Shown here piece after piece: positions 41,487-50,998 of a stretch of DNA of 64,000 nt. Source of the DNA: Verrucomicrobiota bacterium. GTDB taxonomy: Bacteria; Verrucomicrobiota; Verrucomicrobiia; Opitutales; Seribacteraceae. The DNA lies in NCBI GenBank assembly GCA_027622665.1, contig JAQBYT010000003.1, positions 32,001 to 96,000 on the forward strand, in the 5' to 3' direction. The notes beneath the pieces were generated by a model, which worked only from the letters and a program-made list of their open reading frames with translations, did no database searches and was not told the origin of the DNA. Made by a program: the position numbers and the translations under genes. Position 1 is the first letter of the stretch. Each line of letters opens with the position of its first letter.

Positions 41487-42386
41487 TTACTCGAGCGGGA
41501 GGAAGACCAATTTGCCGGCGAGCATGTCGGGCACGATCAACTGCTTGTTCTTGCGGTCCAGATAGAAGTCGGCGGCGGTGGTGAATTCGTCGCTAAGGAC
41601 TTTGCTTTTCTTGGTCTTGCGATCGTAGACCCAAACCTTGCCGAGCGGCCAACTGGAAACGTATATCTTGCTGCCGAAGGCTTCCACGGCGTCGGCTCCT
41701 CTAAAGCCCTTGGCCACGATGCGCAGTTTGTCGTCGGAATAGGCGAGGATGTTTCCGGTGAAGAAGTCTCCCATGAGGAGAATCTCCTTGTCCTTGGAGC
41801 CCGTGACGCCGACACCGTTTGGTCCGGGCATGCGCTTATCCCCGTGAGGGACGGCTACGGAGACCTTGCCATCGAGCGTCACCTTGTAGACGCAACCGGT
41901 CATGGGCGAGACGGCCTTGTCGCTGTCGACTGGCCAGAGCTTGCGTTCACCATCGGGATCGAACATCCACTTGGGATGGCTCATGTCGGTGACGTACACG
42001 CTCTTGCCGTCCCGGCTTCGAGCCACGTCATTGAGAAAAGTGACTTCCTTGGGGAAATCCTCGGCCTGAGCCAAAACGGTTACATTACCCTTCTTGTCGA
42101 TCTTGCGAACCACGGTCTCGTCCGATGCGACGAGAAAGCCGCCGACGAAGGCCATGCCCTTGGGGTTGTTCAAGCCCTTGGCGAAAACCGTGATCTTGTC
42201 ACCATCGATCATCTTGATTTCACCGTCTCCGGGTTCGTCCCCGTTGATCATGGTGACGTATAGTTTGCCGCCAAACCCGCGGCAGACGCTCTCGGGCTTT
42301 GTGCCGATCTCGATGACCTTCTTGGCCCCGAAGGAGAAGATCGACGTGAGAAGAAAAAAGAGAATTAAGGAGGTTGTTACTTTCAT
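41487..42386 (-). CDS. SMP-30/gluconolactonase-like beta-propeller protein
   Basis: Signal peptide; PESV, GLNNPKG, FLNDV, VYVTD, PNG, AAD, VPDM. Confidence 0.78.
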   Translation of the reverse strand: MKVTTSLILFFLLTSIFSFGAKKVIEIGTKPESVCRGFGGKLYVTMINGDEPGDGEIKMIDGDKITVFAKGLNNPKGMAFVGGFLVASDETVVRKIDKKGNVTVLAQAEDFPKEVTFLNDVARSRDGKSVYVTDMSHPKWMFDPDGERKLWPVDSDKAVSPMTGCVYKVTLDGKVSVAVPHGDKRMPGPNGVGVTGSKDKEILLMGDFFTGNILAYSDDKLRIVAKGFRGADAVEAFGSKIYVSSWPLGKVWVYDRKTKKSKVLSDEFTTAADFYLDRKNKQLIVPDMLAGKLVFLPLE

Positions 42387-42500
42387 GGTTTGAATAGCTT
42401 CAGCGCGATCCGGCTACAGGCAAGTTAGAAAATGCGGGAACCATGCATTATCGATTCGATCTCGCCTTTAATCGGGGCTCTTGCCAAAACTTTCGAGCTC

Positions 42501-43970
42501 ATGAAATCCTTTGTTTACGCCCTGTTGCCCTTGGTCCCATGCTTGGCGCTTTCCGCCAAAAAGCAGCCTAATATCCTATTCCTTTTCACCGATGACCATG
42601 CAACGCAGGCACTAAGCGCCTACGGGCATGGACTCAACAAGACGCCGAATCTGGACCGCATCGCCAAGGAGGGCATGCTCTTCCGGCGTTGTCTCGTGAC
42701 TAATTCGATATGCGCGCCGTCTCGGGCCGTAATCCTGACGGGAAAATACTCGCACCTGAACGGGCAACGCACCAACAAGGACGTCTTCGACGGTTCACAG
42801 CAAACCGTCCCCAAGCTCCTGCAAAAGGCGGGTTACCAAACGGCCATCGTGGGAAAGTGGCACCTGAAGTCGCCCCCCACGGGCTTCGACCACCATGAGG
42901 TGCTCGTAGGACAAGGTAGTTACTACAACCCGATACTAATAACCAATGGCGAACGGGTGAAGCACGAGGGATACACCACGGACCTGATAACCGATCGAGC
43001 GTTCGATTGGCTGGGCAAGCGAGACAAGAAAAAGCCGTTCTTTCTAATGTGCCAACACAAGGCGCCCCACGGTCGATGGGAACCGGCTCTCCGGCATTTG
43101 GGCATGTTCGACGACATGACGATTCCGGAGCCCCCCACCCTCTTCGACGACTACGCGGGCAGAGGCAAAGCCGCCTCCATGCACAAGATGGGAATAGCCG
43201 ACCACATGGGAGACGCTCGCCTGATGTTCAAGTACTCGAGTAAGTTCACGCCGGAGCAGTTCAAGGTCTTCGACGGATATTTTCGGCCGCGCAACGAGTC
43301 CTTTCTCGCCGCCAAGCTCAAGGGAAAGGAACGCACCCGTTGGCATTACCAACGCTACATCAAGAACTACTTAAGCTGCGTCAAAGCCGTGGATGAAAAC
43401 GTGGGGCGATTACTCGACTATCTGGACAAGCAAGGATTGGCCGATAACACGGTGGTCATCTACAGTTCGGACCAAGGTTTTTATCTTGGTGAGCACGGCT
43501 GGTTCGACAAGCGCTGGATGTTCGACGAGAGCCTGCGAACTCCCTTGATAGCCAGATGGCCGGGCGTAACCAAACCTGGAACCGAATCGGCCGACATGGT
43601 GTCGAACGTTGATTTCGCGAAGACCTTTCTTGAGATTGCGGGAACCTCCATACCCACCGAGATGCAGGGCCGAAGCCTCGTCCCGATCCTAAAGGGCAAA
43701 ACACCCGATGACTGGAGAACCTCCCACTACTACCACTACTACGAGGCAGGAGGTCATGGCGTACCCATCCATTACGGAGTGACTACAAAAAACCACAAGT
43801 TGATCCGCTATCCCGCGCCCATCGACGAATGGGAACTCTATGACCTGGAGAAAGACTCCCGAGAGTTGAACAGCGTATTCGGCAAACCGGAGTATGCCCA
43901 AGCGACCAAGCAACTGGAGAAGGAGCTGCGCAGACTGCGAAAAGAATTGAAGGTCACTGAAGAAAAGTGA
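42501..43970 (+). CDS. Sulfatase (N-acetylglucosamine-6-sulfatase-like)
   Basis: [49 protein letters not shown]. Confidence 0.93.
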   Translation: MKSFVYALLPLVPCLALSAKKQPNILFLFTDDHATQALSAYGHGLNKTPNLDRIAKEGMLFRRCLVTNSICAPSRAVILTGKYSHLNGQRTNKDVFDGSQQTVPKLLQKAGYQTAIVGKWHLKSPPTGFDHHEVLVGQGSYYNPILITNGERVKHEGYTTDLITDRAFDWLGKRDKKKPFFLMCQHKAPHGRWEPALRHLGMFDDMTIPEPPTLFDDYAGRGKAASMHKMGIADHMGDARLMFKYSSKFTPEQFKVFDGYFRPRNESFLAAKLKGKERTRWHYQRYIKNYLSCVKAVDENVGRLLDYLDKQGLADNTVVIYSSDQGFYLGEHGWFDKRWMFDESLRTPLIARWPGVTKPGTESADMVSNVDFAKTFLEIAGTSIPTEMQGRSLVPILKGKTPDDWRTSHYYHYYEAGGHGVPIHYGVTTKNHKLIRYPAPIDEWELYDLEKDSRELNSVFGKPEYAQATKQLEKELRRLRKELKVTEEK

Positions 43971-44026
43971 TCCGCCCCACCCTACCTGCGCTTGCCAAGA
44001 TCTAAACAATCCGAAACCCTAACAAA

Positions 44027-44788
44027 ATGAAAATCTTAGCCACCCTCATCATCAGCCTTCTCTTCATCATGCTCGCACAAGCCGAGGAGGACAAGACCAC
44101 GCCTAAAGCTCTAAACGACCGCTTATCCGTAAAAGGATGGAAATCCATGGGCGAAAAGGATTTCGCCCAAGTAAATTGTGACCCGGAGACCTTTCAGTTC
44201 AAGAAGGACGGCACCATTCACTGCACGGGAAAGCCAAGCGGTGGTTTGCGCTCGGTAAAGGTCTACAAGAATTTCGAGGTAGCCTTCGAGTGGCGACACC
44301 TTAGGCACGCGGGCAATGCAGGGGTGTTCCTGTGGTGTCCCCGCGAAGTGCTCGACAAATTGCCACGCGGTCGATTACCGCAGGGGATAGAAGTGCAGAT
44401 TCTCGACTTGGGTTATGAGGCGAATCACCTGAAGAACAAGGGCAAGCATTCGGACTGGTTTACCAGCCATGGGGACGTATTCCCCGTGGGCGTTGGTCGA
44501 ATGAAGGCCTTTACCCCGGAGATCACCTACACGGCGGAGGACGGAACGAAATACAAGGTCGGCAAGCCCACGAGCAGTCGCTGCTTCCCCACCAAGCGCT
44601 TAACCAAGGGAGTGGGCGAATGGAACCATTATTACATCGAGGCCAAAAAGGGCGAAGCTCGGCTGTGGGTAAACGGCGAAGAGGTTTCCGGTGGCTACGA
44701 GTGCAAACCGAGCGAAGGGCACTTCGTACTCGAATCCGAAGGCGCCCCGATGGATTATCGCGGAATGAGATTGCGTGAACTTCCTTAA
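44027..44788 (+). CDS. DUF1080 (3-keto-disaccharide hydrolase-like) protein
   Basis: YKNFEV.FEW, GNAGVF, GIEVQILD, GEWNHY, VNG, LESEG. Confidence 0.88.
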   Translation: MKILATLIISLLFIMLAQAEEDKTTPKALNDRLSVKGWKSMGEKDFAQVNCDPETFQFKKDGTIHCTGKPSGGLRSVKVYKNFEVAFEWRHLRHAGNAGVFLWCPREVLDKLPRGRLPQGIEVQILDLGYEANHLKNKGKHSDWFTSHGDVFPVGVGRMKAFTPEITYTAEDGTKYKVGKPTSSRCFPTKRLTKGVGEWNHYYIEAKKGEARLWVNGEEVSGGYECKPSEGHFVLESEGAPMDYRGMRLRELP

Positions 44789-44810
44789 ATAACCAACCCC
44801 CTTCAGAACC

Positions 44811-46061
44811 ATGAAAACGACGAAGTTTCTTCTCCTTACTCTCTTTGCCGGCTCCACCTTGTGGTCCGCACCGAAAAAGCATTGGCCGGCTTGGCGCGGG
44901 CCTGATGCATCGGGTTCCTCCGAGGGAGGGTCCTACCCCACCAAGTTGAACGGTACGGAAAATCTGATATGGAAAGTCCCCCTCCCTGGCAAGGGATGCT
45001 CCACTCCAGTGGTATGGGGAGAACGAATACTGCTCACCTGCCCCGTCGATGGGGAGGACGCCGTACTGGGTTACGACTGGGAAGGGGAAAAGCTCTGGCA
45101 AACCACTCTCGGTAAGGAACGCAAGGGCAAGCACAGAAACGGTTCGGGCAGCAACCCTTCCGTTGTGACGGACGGCGAGAGCATCTTTAGCCTTTTCAAG
45201 AGCGGCAACTTCGGAGGTCTCGATTTCAATGGGAAGGTCCGATGGAAAACCAACTTGTCGGGCTACGGCAGCGATTCCCTCTACTGGGACTTCGGGACCT
45301 CCCCCATCCTGACCGATAAGCATGTGATCGTAGCCCTAATGAGAGAAAAAAACTCATGGCTCATCGCATTCGAGAAAGCCAGCGGGAAGGTGGCATGGAA
45401 AGTCGAGCGCAACTATGAAACTCCGAGAGAAGGCGATCATAGTTACGCCACTCCCATTCTGATTGAGCACGAGGGCAAGGAAGCTATTTTGGTATGGGGA
45501 GCAGAACGTCTAACAGCCCACTCCGCAAAGGATGGTTCGATCCTATGGATTTCCTCGGGATTCAATCCCAAGAAGAAAAACAACTGGGTAGTGGTCGGGT
45601 CCCACCTCGTAGCAGGCAACGTGGCAATTGTCCCCTACGGTCGAGGTAGCCACCTGGCCGGCATCCGCATGGGCGGCAAGGGAGACGTGACTGAATCCAA
45701 TCGTCTATGGACACGCTCCGACTCCGGTTCCTTCGTTCCCACTCCAGCCGTTGCCGACGGAAAGGTTTACGTTCTGCGCGATCGGGGTGAAGTCCACTGC
45801 ATCGACCCAAAGACAGGGAAAAGCCATTGGGAGGATGCCTTTCCAAAATCCAGTTCGAGCTACTACGGGTCTCCCACGATAGCCGGGAACAAACTTTACG
45901 CCCCTCGCGAAGACGGTGTCATCCTCGTCGCCGACGTATCGGACGGCTTTCGCTTCCTCGCCGAGAACGACATGGGCGAACGCGTAATCGCTTCTCCCGT
46001 CCCCGTGGCCAATCGCCTACTCATCCGTGGCGAAAAACACCTATTCTGCCTCGGGGAATAG
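44811..46061 (+). CDS. PQQ-binding-like beta-propeller protein
   Basis: Signal peptide; WPAWRGP, PGKGCSTP, repeated blades, LLIRG C-terminus. Confidence 0.85.
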   Translation: MKTTKFLLLTLFAGSTLWSAPKKHWPAWRGPDASGSSEGGSYPTKLNGTENLIWKVPLPGKGCSTPVVWGERILLTCPVDGEDAVLGYDWEGEKLWQTTLGKERKGKHRNGSGSNPSVVTDGESIFSLFKSGNFGGLDFNGKVRWKTNLSGYGSDSLYWDFGTSPILTDKHVIVALMREKNSWLIAFEKASGKVAWKVERNYETPREGDHSYATPILIEHEGKEAILVWGAERLTAHSAKDGSILWISSGFNPKKKNNWVVVGSHLVAGNVAIVPYGRGSHLAGIRMGGKGDVTESNRLWTRSDSGSFVPTPAVADGKVYVLRDRGEVHCIDPKTGKSHWEDAFPKSSSSYYGSPTIAGNKLYAPREDGVILVADVSDGFRFLAENDMGERVIASPVPVANRLLIRGEKHLFCLGE

Positions 46062-46069
46062 CCAAGAGA

Positions 46070-48133
46070 CTACTGAAAGGAAAAGAGTCCGGTTCCGTTC
46101 AGTTGAATGTTCCCATTCGGGGTAGCGAAAACAACCGATACGTCTTGAGATCCGCTACCGGAGCCAGTTGGTATGGCCAAACTACCTGTAACGCTGGTTG
46201 TAGTTGACCTTACCACCCCCATTAATGCAATTCCCCCGACCTGAACTGAGCTAGGGGCAACACTCGCGGGCGGCAAGGGAGGTTGAGAATTGGCGTCGAG
46301 GGTAATAGTGACGGAAACGGTATTTCCGACACTTCCTGCAGAAGGAGAGATTGAAACGATTCCAGTTCCCTGCGCATTGTTTTCACCTCCGGAATTCGTA
46401 GTGGATTCCCCAACTCCGGAAACTCCAGATGCAGAGGGGGTCCCCCGATATTTTCTGATCGTATATGGATAGGCGATTTGCATCGTTTTAAATTCCGAAG
46501 CGATTGCAGTCATGGCATTAGCATTAAGCGTAGCCTGCATGGCTTCAATGAACTTGACGAAGGTACTGAAGCTGTCCGTTCCCGAAATGGAAACGCCATT
46601 GACCATAAAGCCAACCTTGAGAGCTACAATATAGGCGGTATCATCCGTCCATGAAAGGGGTAGAAGATTATGTTTGTTGAGAGTATTGCGGACATCGTAT
46701 CCGTAATGCGGATTGAGGTAGCGGAGCACTGTACCGTCGGGGTCCGCCTCGATACTCATAACATAGTGATAGATGCCCTCGGGGAACTCCGGAGTTGGCG
46801 AAACCAAACCATTACACTCGTCTAGGTCTCCGCTGCCTTCGACGTATGCGGGATTCCCGGCTGAGTCGTTTGCACCCGTGTAACTATTCGCAAGTAGGAC
46901 TCCGGTCTTATTGTCGACATTTTTCCAACCAACGGGTCCGTAAATAGGCCAACCATCCACCGCAAAGCCGATTAAGGGAGAATGACCATTTGGGACAAGG
47001 AGGGCATCGATTTCGTCACATTTGTCTTTCTCCGACTTCCAGACATCCTTGATCAAGCGAAGGCAAGTCGGATACTTGTGATAATGGTATACGCCGTTAA
47101 TTTGGGGATGCCCGCAACAACCGGAAAAGATTCTACCGTAAGCAGCCGTTTCATTCGGATCCTCGAAGGGGTTATATACAGGTATACCGTTCAGTGCGAC
47201 ACCCACTGTGCCCAGAGAGGTATCGGTAGCGTTTGTATTGTTTACAGGATTGAGCGGAATGCGAAAGATTTCCTCGGCAACTGCAACTTGGTTGGGATTG
47301 TTTCCCCCGCTTGCTCCGAGATTATTCTCGCTCAGCTTAAGGCTTTCGAAACCTCCGTTGGCGCCGGTGTTCCAGCCGTTGGTAATGTCGATCCCCATGA
47401 TAGTTGGGGTGTAGTTTGGCACGCCATTTCCCGTGACGACCATCTGGTCGAGATCCGTATCGTGTTCAACCGATATGGAGCTCGACACGGATTGACCGCC
47501 AATAGTCAAAACCTCGGGACTACTTCCCGCCAATTGCCGCAGGTAGTTTGCCGCCACCAAGCGAGCTCGTCGCTCAAAAGCAGTTGATCCTTGAAGAAAG
47601 AGCGGATCAGTACTCGCTGAACTTATGCTCTCCTCCCCAACTTGGCGCCAACCGTCGGAAATGGCTGAATCCTTTACGAAATATAAAATTCCGGATTCTC
47701 GACTCATGGTAAACTTACCAATGACGACGTCTGGAAACTTACTGGCCAAAGACACCAACGGGGTCCAAGTCTTGGTCTCGTAATCGTAAAAGGACAGATT
47801 TCCAGAATCACTCCCGAAATAGAGCCATGAGGAAAGGTCGTTAAAATAGATCCAAGGATAGTAAGCTTCCTTGACCCACAACCAATTCCAATTTGGATGG
47901 TAGAGCCAAGTGGCATCCGTGCCCGCATCGACCGGGTAGAGCCAGCCTAAGGATTCGTGATGAATCCAGTTCGTACTCGAGTCATAAAAGCTCCCGAACC
48001 AAGAACTTTGCTTCCAACCGGAAACCGAGTCGGAAGTACCGTATCGGATATAGTTCCCATCCACAGCGCGAACCACATGGTTAAGACCTGAAAGGAAAAT
48101 GACGCCGAAGAGAAAACTTTTGAATTTGATCAT
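46070..48133 (-). CDS. Secreted YHYH-domain protein with N-terminal Trp-rich module and C-terminal Ig-like domain
   Basis: Signal peptide; GVALNGIP, GHP..GVYHYH, HSPLIGFAVDGWPIYGP, GDLDECNG, IYHY. Confidence 0.85.
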   Translation of the reverse strand: MIKFKSFLFGVIFLSGLNHVVRAVDGNYIRYGTSDSVSGWKQSSWFGSFYDSSTNWIHHESLGWLYPVDAGTDATWLYHPNWNWLWVKEAYYPWIYFNDLSSWLYFGSDSGNLSFYDYETKTWTPLVSLASKFPDVVIGKFTMSRESGILYFVKDSAISDGWRQVGEESISSASTDPLFLQGSTAFERRARLVAANYLRQLAGSSPEVLTIGGQSVSSSISVEHDTDLDQMVVTGNGVPNYTPTIMGIDITNGWNTGANGGFESLKLSENNLGASGGNNPNQVAVAEEIFRIPLNPVNNTNATDTSLGTVGVALNGIPVYNPFEDPNETAAYGRIFSGCCGHPQINGVYHYHKYPTCLRLIKDVWKSEKDKCDEIDALLVPNGHSPLIGFAVDGWPIYGPVGWKNVDNKTGVLLANSYTGANDSAGNPAYVEGSGDLDECNGLVSPTPEFPEGIYHYVMSIEADPDGTVLRYLNPHYGYDVRNTLNKHNLLPLSWTDDTAYIVALKVGFMVNGVSISGTDSFSTFVKFIEAMQATLNANAMTAIASEFKTMQIAYPYTIRKYRGTPSASGVSGVGESTTNSGGENNAQGTGIVSISPSAGSVGNTVSVTITLDANSQPPLPPASVAPSSVQVGGIALMGVVRSTTTSVTGSLAIPTGSGSGSQDVSVVFATPNGNIQLNGTGLFSFQ

Positions 48134-48144
48134 TCGCAAACTTC

Positions 48145-48161
48145 AGCACGAGCCATGCCAA
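48145..48161 (-). promoter_or_regulatory. Possible sigma54 promoter
   Basis: TTGGCATGGCTCGTGCT, GG-N10-GC; the predicted +1 falls at about 48134, next to the ATG at 48133. Confidence 0.55.
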
Positions 48162-48206
48162 TGACAGCAATGCCACAAGAATCCCGTGAACCTCTAAATT
48201 TCGAGT

Positions 48207-48755
48207 ATGCTAGGAAATATAAACGGTATAAAAAGACCCTTAGCTCCCGTATCCCTAGATCGTTTGGTTGTAAAACTTAGCGACGATAGTGGAAACCTTC
48301 ATGAAATAGATTCCGCAATAAGATTTGAATCTAGGCTAGATCCAGACGCTGTAAGGCTAGAATTAAAAATGGGAGGTCTTGACGATTCTTTAATGAAAGT
48401 AAGAGAGGGAGGCATTTTTTATGAGTATGTCCCCCTTAAGGGTCAACGATGGACAATTGGGGCAGGATATGGAGACACAACCATAAATGGAGAGGTTACG
48501 GAAAAGAGGCATAAAATACACGCCAAAATAGAAACTCGGGATTTATTCTTTCAGTTTGATTATTTAAAATCACATAGAGACAACGGGACGATGAATGAAT
48601 ACCGGGCCACTCTTCATAACAAACTGACAAAAAACATAACTTACGGCCTTGATGCTCTTTATTTTAGCGGCAAAACAGACGTTCATTACTCAGATGATGG
48701 AAAATCTGTTGCCGAGGATCTCTTTCTGGGTATGGGTTTGATTTGGCGCTGGTAA
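48207..48755 (+). CDS. Low-GC ORF, probable 5'-truncated outer-membrane beta-barrel fragment
   Basis: Amphipathic strands, C-terminal LGMGLIWRW, no signal peptide, in-frame TAA at 48195 just upstream. Confidence 0.5.
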   Translation: MLGNINGIKRPLAPVSLDRLVVKLSDDSGNLHEIDSAIRFESRLDPDAVRLELKMGGLDDSLMKVREGGIFYEYVPLKGQRWTIGAGYGDTTINGEVTEKRHKIHAKIETRDLFFQFDYLKSHRDNGTMNEYRATLHNKLTKNITYGLDALYFSGKTDVHYSDDGKSVAEDLFLGMGLIWRW

Positions 48756-50972
48756 TTATTTCGCAATTAATTCCAAACGGCAATCATAGGGAAGATTTAT
48801 ATCTCTGTAGACTGTTCCGTTATGGGTTATCGACCCTGGCGTTTCAGAATTTCTGGCAAAGGTTACCTCGAATTCAGATTGGGGAGGAATAACGTCATCC
48901 GAATCCCAAATTGCCATGTACCCAGTTGCATCGGTTGCGTCAGATAGATAATATCTGGCCCCGACATATATGTGGTCTGCGTAATTGTGATCGTTTGTTT
49001 TCATAGGCCAGCCCCCGAAAGTAGAAAGCCCATATTTAGTTTTCATCAATTGAGCCACAACATTTGTTTGGCCTGAAAATACAGAACCAGAAGGTAAGGC
49101 AAGTAACCCCTCCGTATAACTGACATGCGGTCCAAGTGAATTATTGCTGATTGATTCATACATGTGACTTGATCTCCATTCCCCTTGGGGTGATGTTGGA
49201 AAATCAAACGGCCTGGGAATCTTGTTCCAGTTGGCTGAATTATTCGGAACGTCTGAATCCAAAAGGATATCCCCGGGGTTTATATTGCCATTTTGGGTAA
49301 AACTAAACGGAACGGTCATATAATCTGATTCCGCACCAGGCGTAGCCTTTACAAACCCCCAAGTATACCTTGAGTCAGGAGACCCTCCTGAGGCCGGCTT
49401 CAATACCGTACCGTTTTGTTTTATAGTAATGTGCATGAGCTCATTATCCAAATGCCCCCAGTTATTAAGACTAACCAAAGAATGCCTTTTGAACTTCAGC
49501 CTGATCTTTATTCCCTTGAATGCTTTATTCTGAAGTTTCGCGGTTAAGGGAGCTTCTTTATGAAAGCCATTAAATTTATATTGAATCGTATTCCATTTTT
49601 GAGCGACTAATTGGGAACTCCATGTAGCAGCCGTCATTCCATACCCCGCAAAACCCAAGTCCGTATAATTTGTTGTCGCCGCTTCAGGGTCTGAGCTACT
49701 TAACGAGCCCATGGAATTGCCCTGAAAGGAGCCTAATACAATTGTTCCGGAAGGCGCATAGGCGAGAGACACCGCCAGATCCGTAAACGTGATCCAAGAA
49801 GTCGAGTTGGCGTCGTAGAACTTGGGCACACCCGACACAGTGCGGAAATAGCGCCAACCCTGAAGGTCATTAAGGTACAACCACGGAAAAAACTCCTTCT
49901 TCGTCCACATCCACTTGAGGTCGGGATGGTACAACCAGGTCGCATCCACCCCAGAGTCCACGGGATAAAGCCAGCCCAAGTTTTCATGATAAATCCAGTT
50001 CGAACCGGAATCAAAAAAGTTGCCGAGCCATGAACTCTGCTTCCATCCCGAGGAAGCGTCGGTCGAGGCATCCGCTCGGACGTACGCTCCGAGAGCGGAA
50101 GAAGAACTTGAGGACGAACTCGGCGAGTAATTTCCATCGGGGAGTTTCGAAATGGGGAACTTGTAGTCGGTTGAAGTCAACAGAGCGACGACTGCCGGAT
50201 CGGTAGACTCTAGCATGGATCGAGTATAGGGTTTCCACTCGCCCGTAAAATCGTCATGAACACGCCCGGACCAATCCTGTCCACCGAGATAAGTAGTGGT
50301 CGCCCAGTAAACGTATTCGGTAATCTGGGTTCCGTAGTCGGCCGTGTCATCGTAATAGGAATACCACGCGTTTAAAGGATACGAAGAAGGGATTGTTTGA
50401 AAGTGTCCTCCACGAGCCGTATCCATGGCCAAGGCGATACTGCTTCCTACTTTTTCACCCCATACGGCGGGAAAGGCTTCATCCCAGCCTTTGTCGGTAA
50501 CCAGATGCAAGACCTCCTCGAGGGTGGCATCTCGGTCACTTCCGTTGCTACCATTCTCGAAAATCTCCATGGCAAAAAGATTTTGGGCTCGAGTAATGGA
50601 ATTTTCGAATGCCTCGAATGCGCTTTGCTTGCTTTCCTGTTCTTGCTCGGAAGCAAAAAGAACCATTGTAGCTATTTGGGCATTGGAACTTCCTTTCAAC
50701 GCCGCCAGTACTTCGGACTGGTCAATGTTTCCGTCTTCGTCGTTATCCAAATATTCGGCCAATACGTTTGCCGTATGGAGAGTCTTTGCCTCGGAGACTC
50801 CGGAAGTGGCAAGCACGCGAAGACCAAAGACCTCTACGCATTTGTCGAAGACCGTTTTGCTCGCCTGAATATCGGAAGGGAAAGATGCTGAGAGTTGAAT
50901 GGCAGCAGCAAAGGATTTGAGTAATCCTAGAGCCAACCAGCAGGTTACAAGGAGAAGAGGACGTAATGACAT
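48756..50972 (-). CDS. Secreted multidomain protein: putative metal-binding (EEVLH) domain, Ser linker, Trp-rich module, low-GC unknown C-terminal domain
   Basis: 738-aa ORF with signal peptide, YLDNDEDG, DATLEEVLHL, poly-Ser linker, and the module shared with the 46070..48133 protein. Confidence 0.75.
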   Translation of the reverse strand: MSLRPLLLVTCWLALGLLKSFAAAIQLSASFPSDIQASKTVFDKCVEVFGLRVLATSGVSEAKTLHTANVLAEYLDNDEDGNIDQSEVLAALKGSSNAQIATMVLFASEQEQESKQSAFEAFENSITRAQNLFAMEIFENGSNGSDRDATLEEVLHLVTDKGWDEAFPAVWGEKVGSSIALAMDTARGGHFQTIPSSYPLNAWYSYYDDTADYGTQITEYVYWATTTYLGGQDWSGRVHDDFTGEWKPYTRSMLESTDPAVVALLTSTDYKFPISKLPDGNYSPSSSSSSSSALGAYVRADASTDASSGWKQSSWLGNFFDSGSNWIYHENLGWLYPVDSGVDATWLYHPDLKWMWTKKEFFPWLYLNDLQGWRYFRTVSGVPKFYDANSTSWITFTDLAVSLAYAPSGTIVLGSFQGNSMGSLSSSDPEAATTNYTDLGFAGYGMTAATWSSQLVAQKWNTIQYKFNGFHKEAPLTAKLQNKAFKGIKIRLKFKRHSLVSLNNWGHLDNELMHITIKQNGTVLKPASGGSPDSRYTWGFVKATPGAESDYMTVPFSFTQNGNINPGDILLDSDVPNNSANWNKIPRPFDFPTSPQGEWRSSHMYESISNNSLGPHVSYTEGLLALPSGSVFSGQTNVVAQLMKTKYGLSTFGGWPMKTNDHNYADHIYVGARYYLSDATDATGYMAIWDSDDVIPPQSEFEVTFARNSETPGSITHNGTVYRDINLPYDCRLELIAK

Positions 50973-50998
50973 GACATTTAATTGGAGTGAACAGTTGA

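Noticed and set aside
48207..50972. Polymorphic toxin-immunity pair
   Set aside because: The small ORF is convergent rather than co-transcribed and looks like a barrel fragment; no toxin motif recognised.
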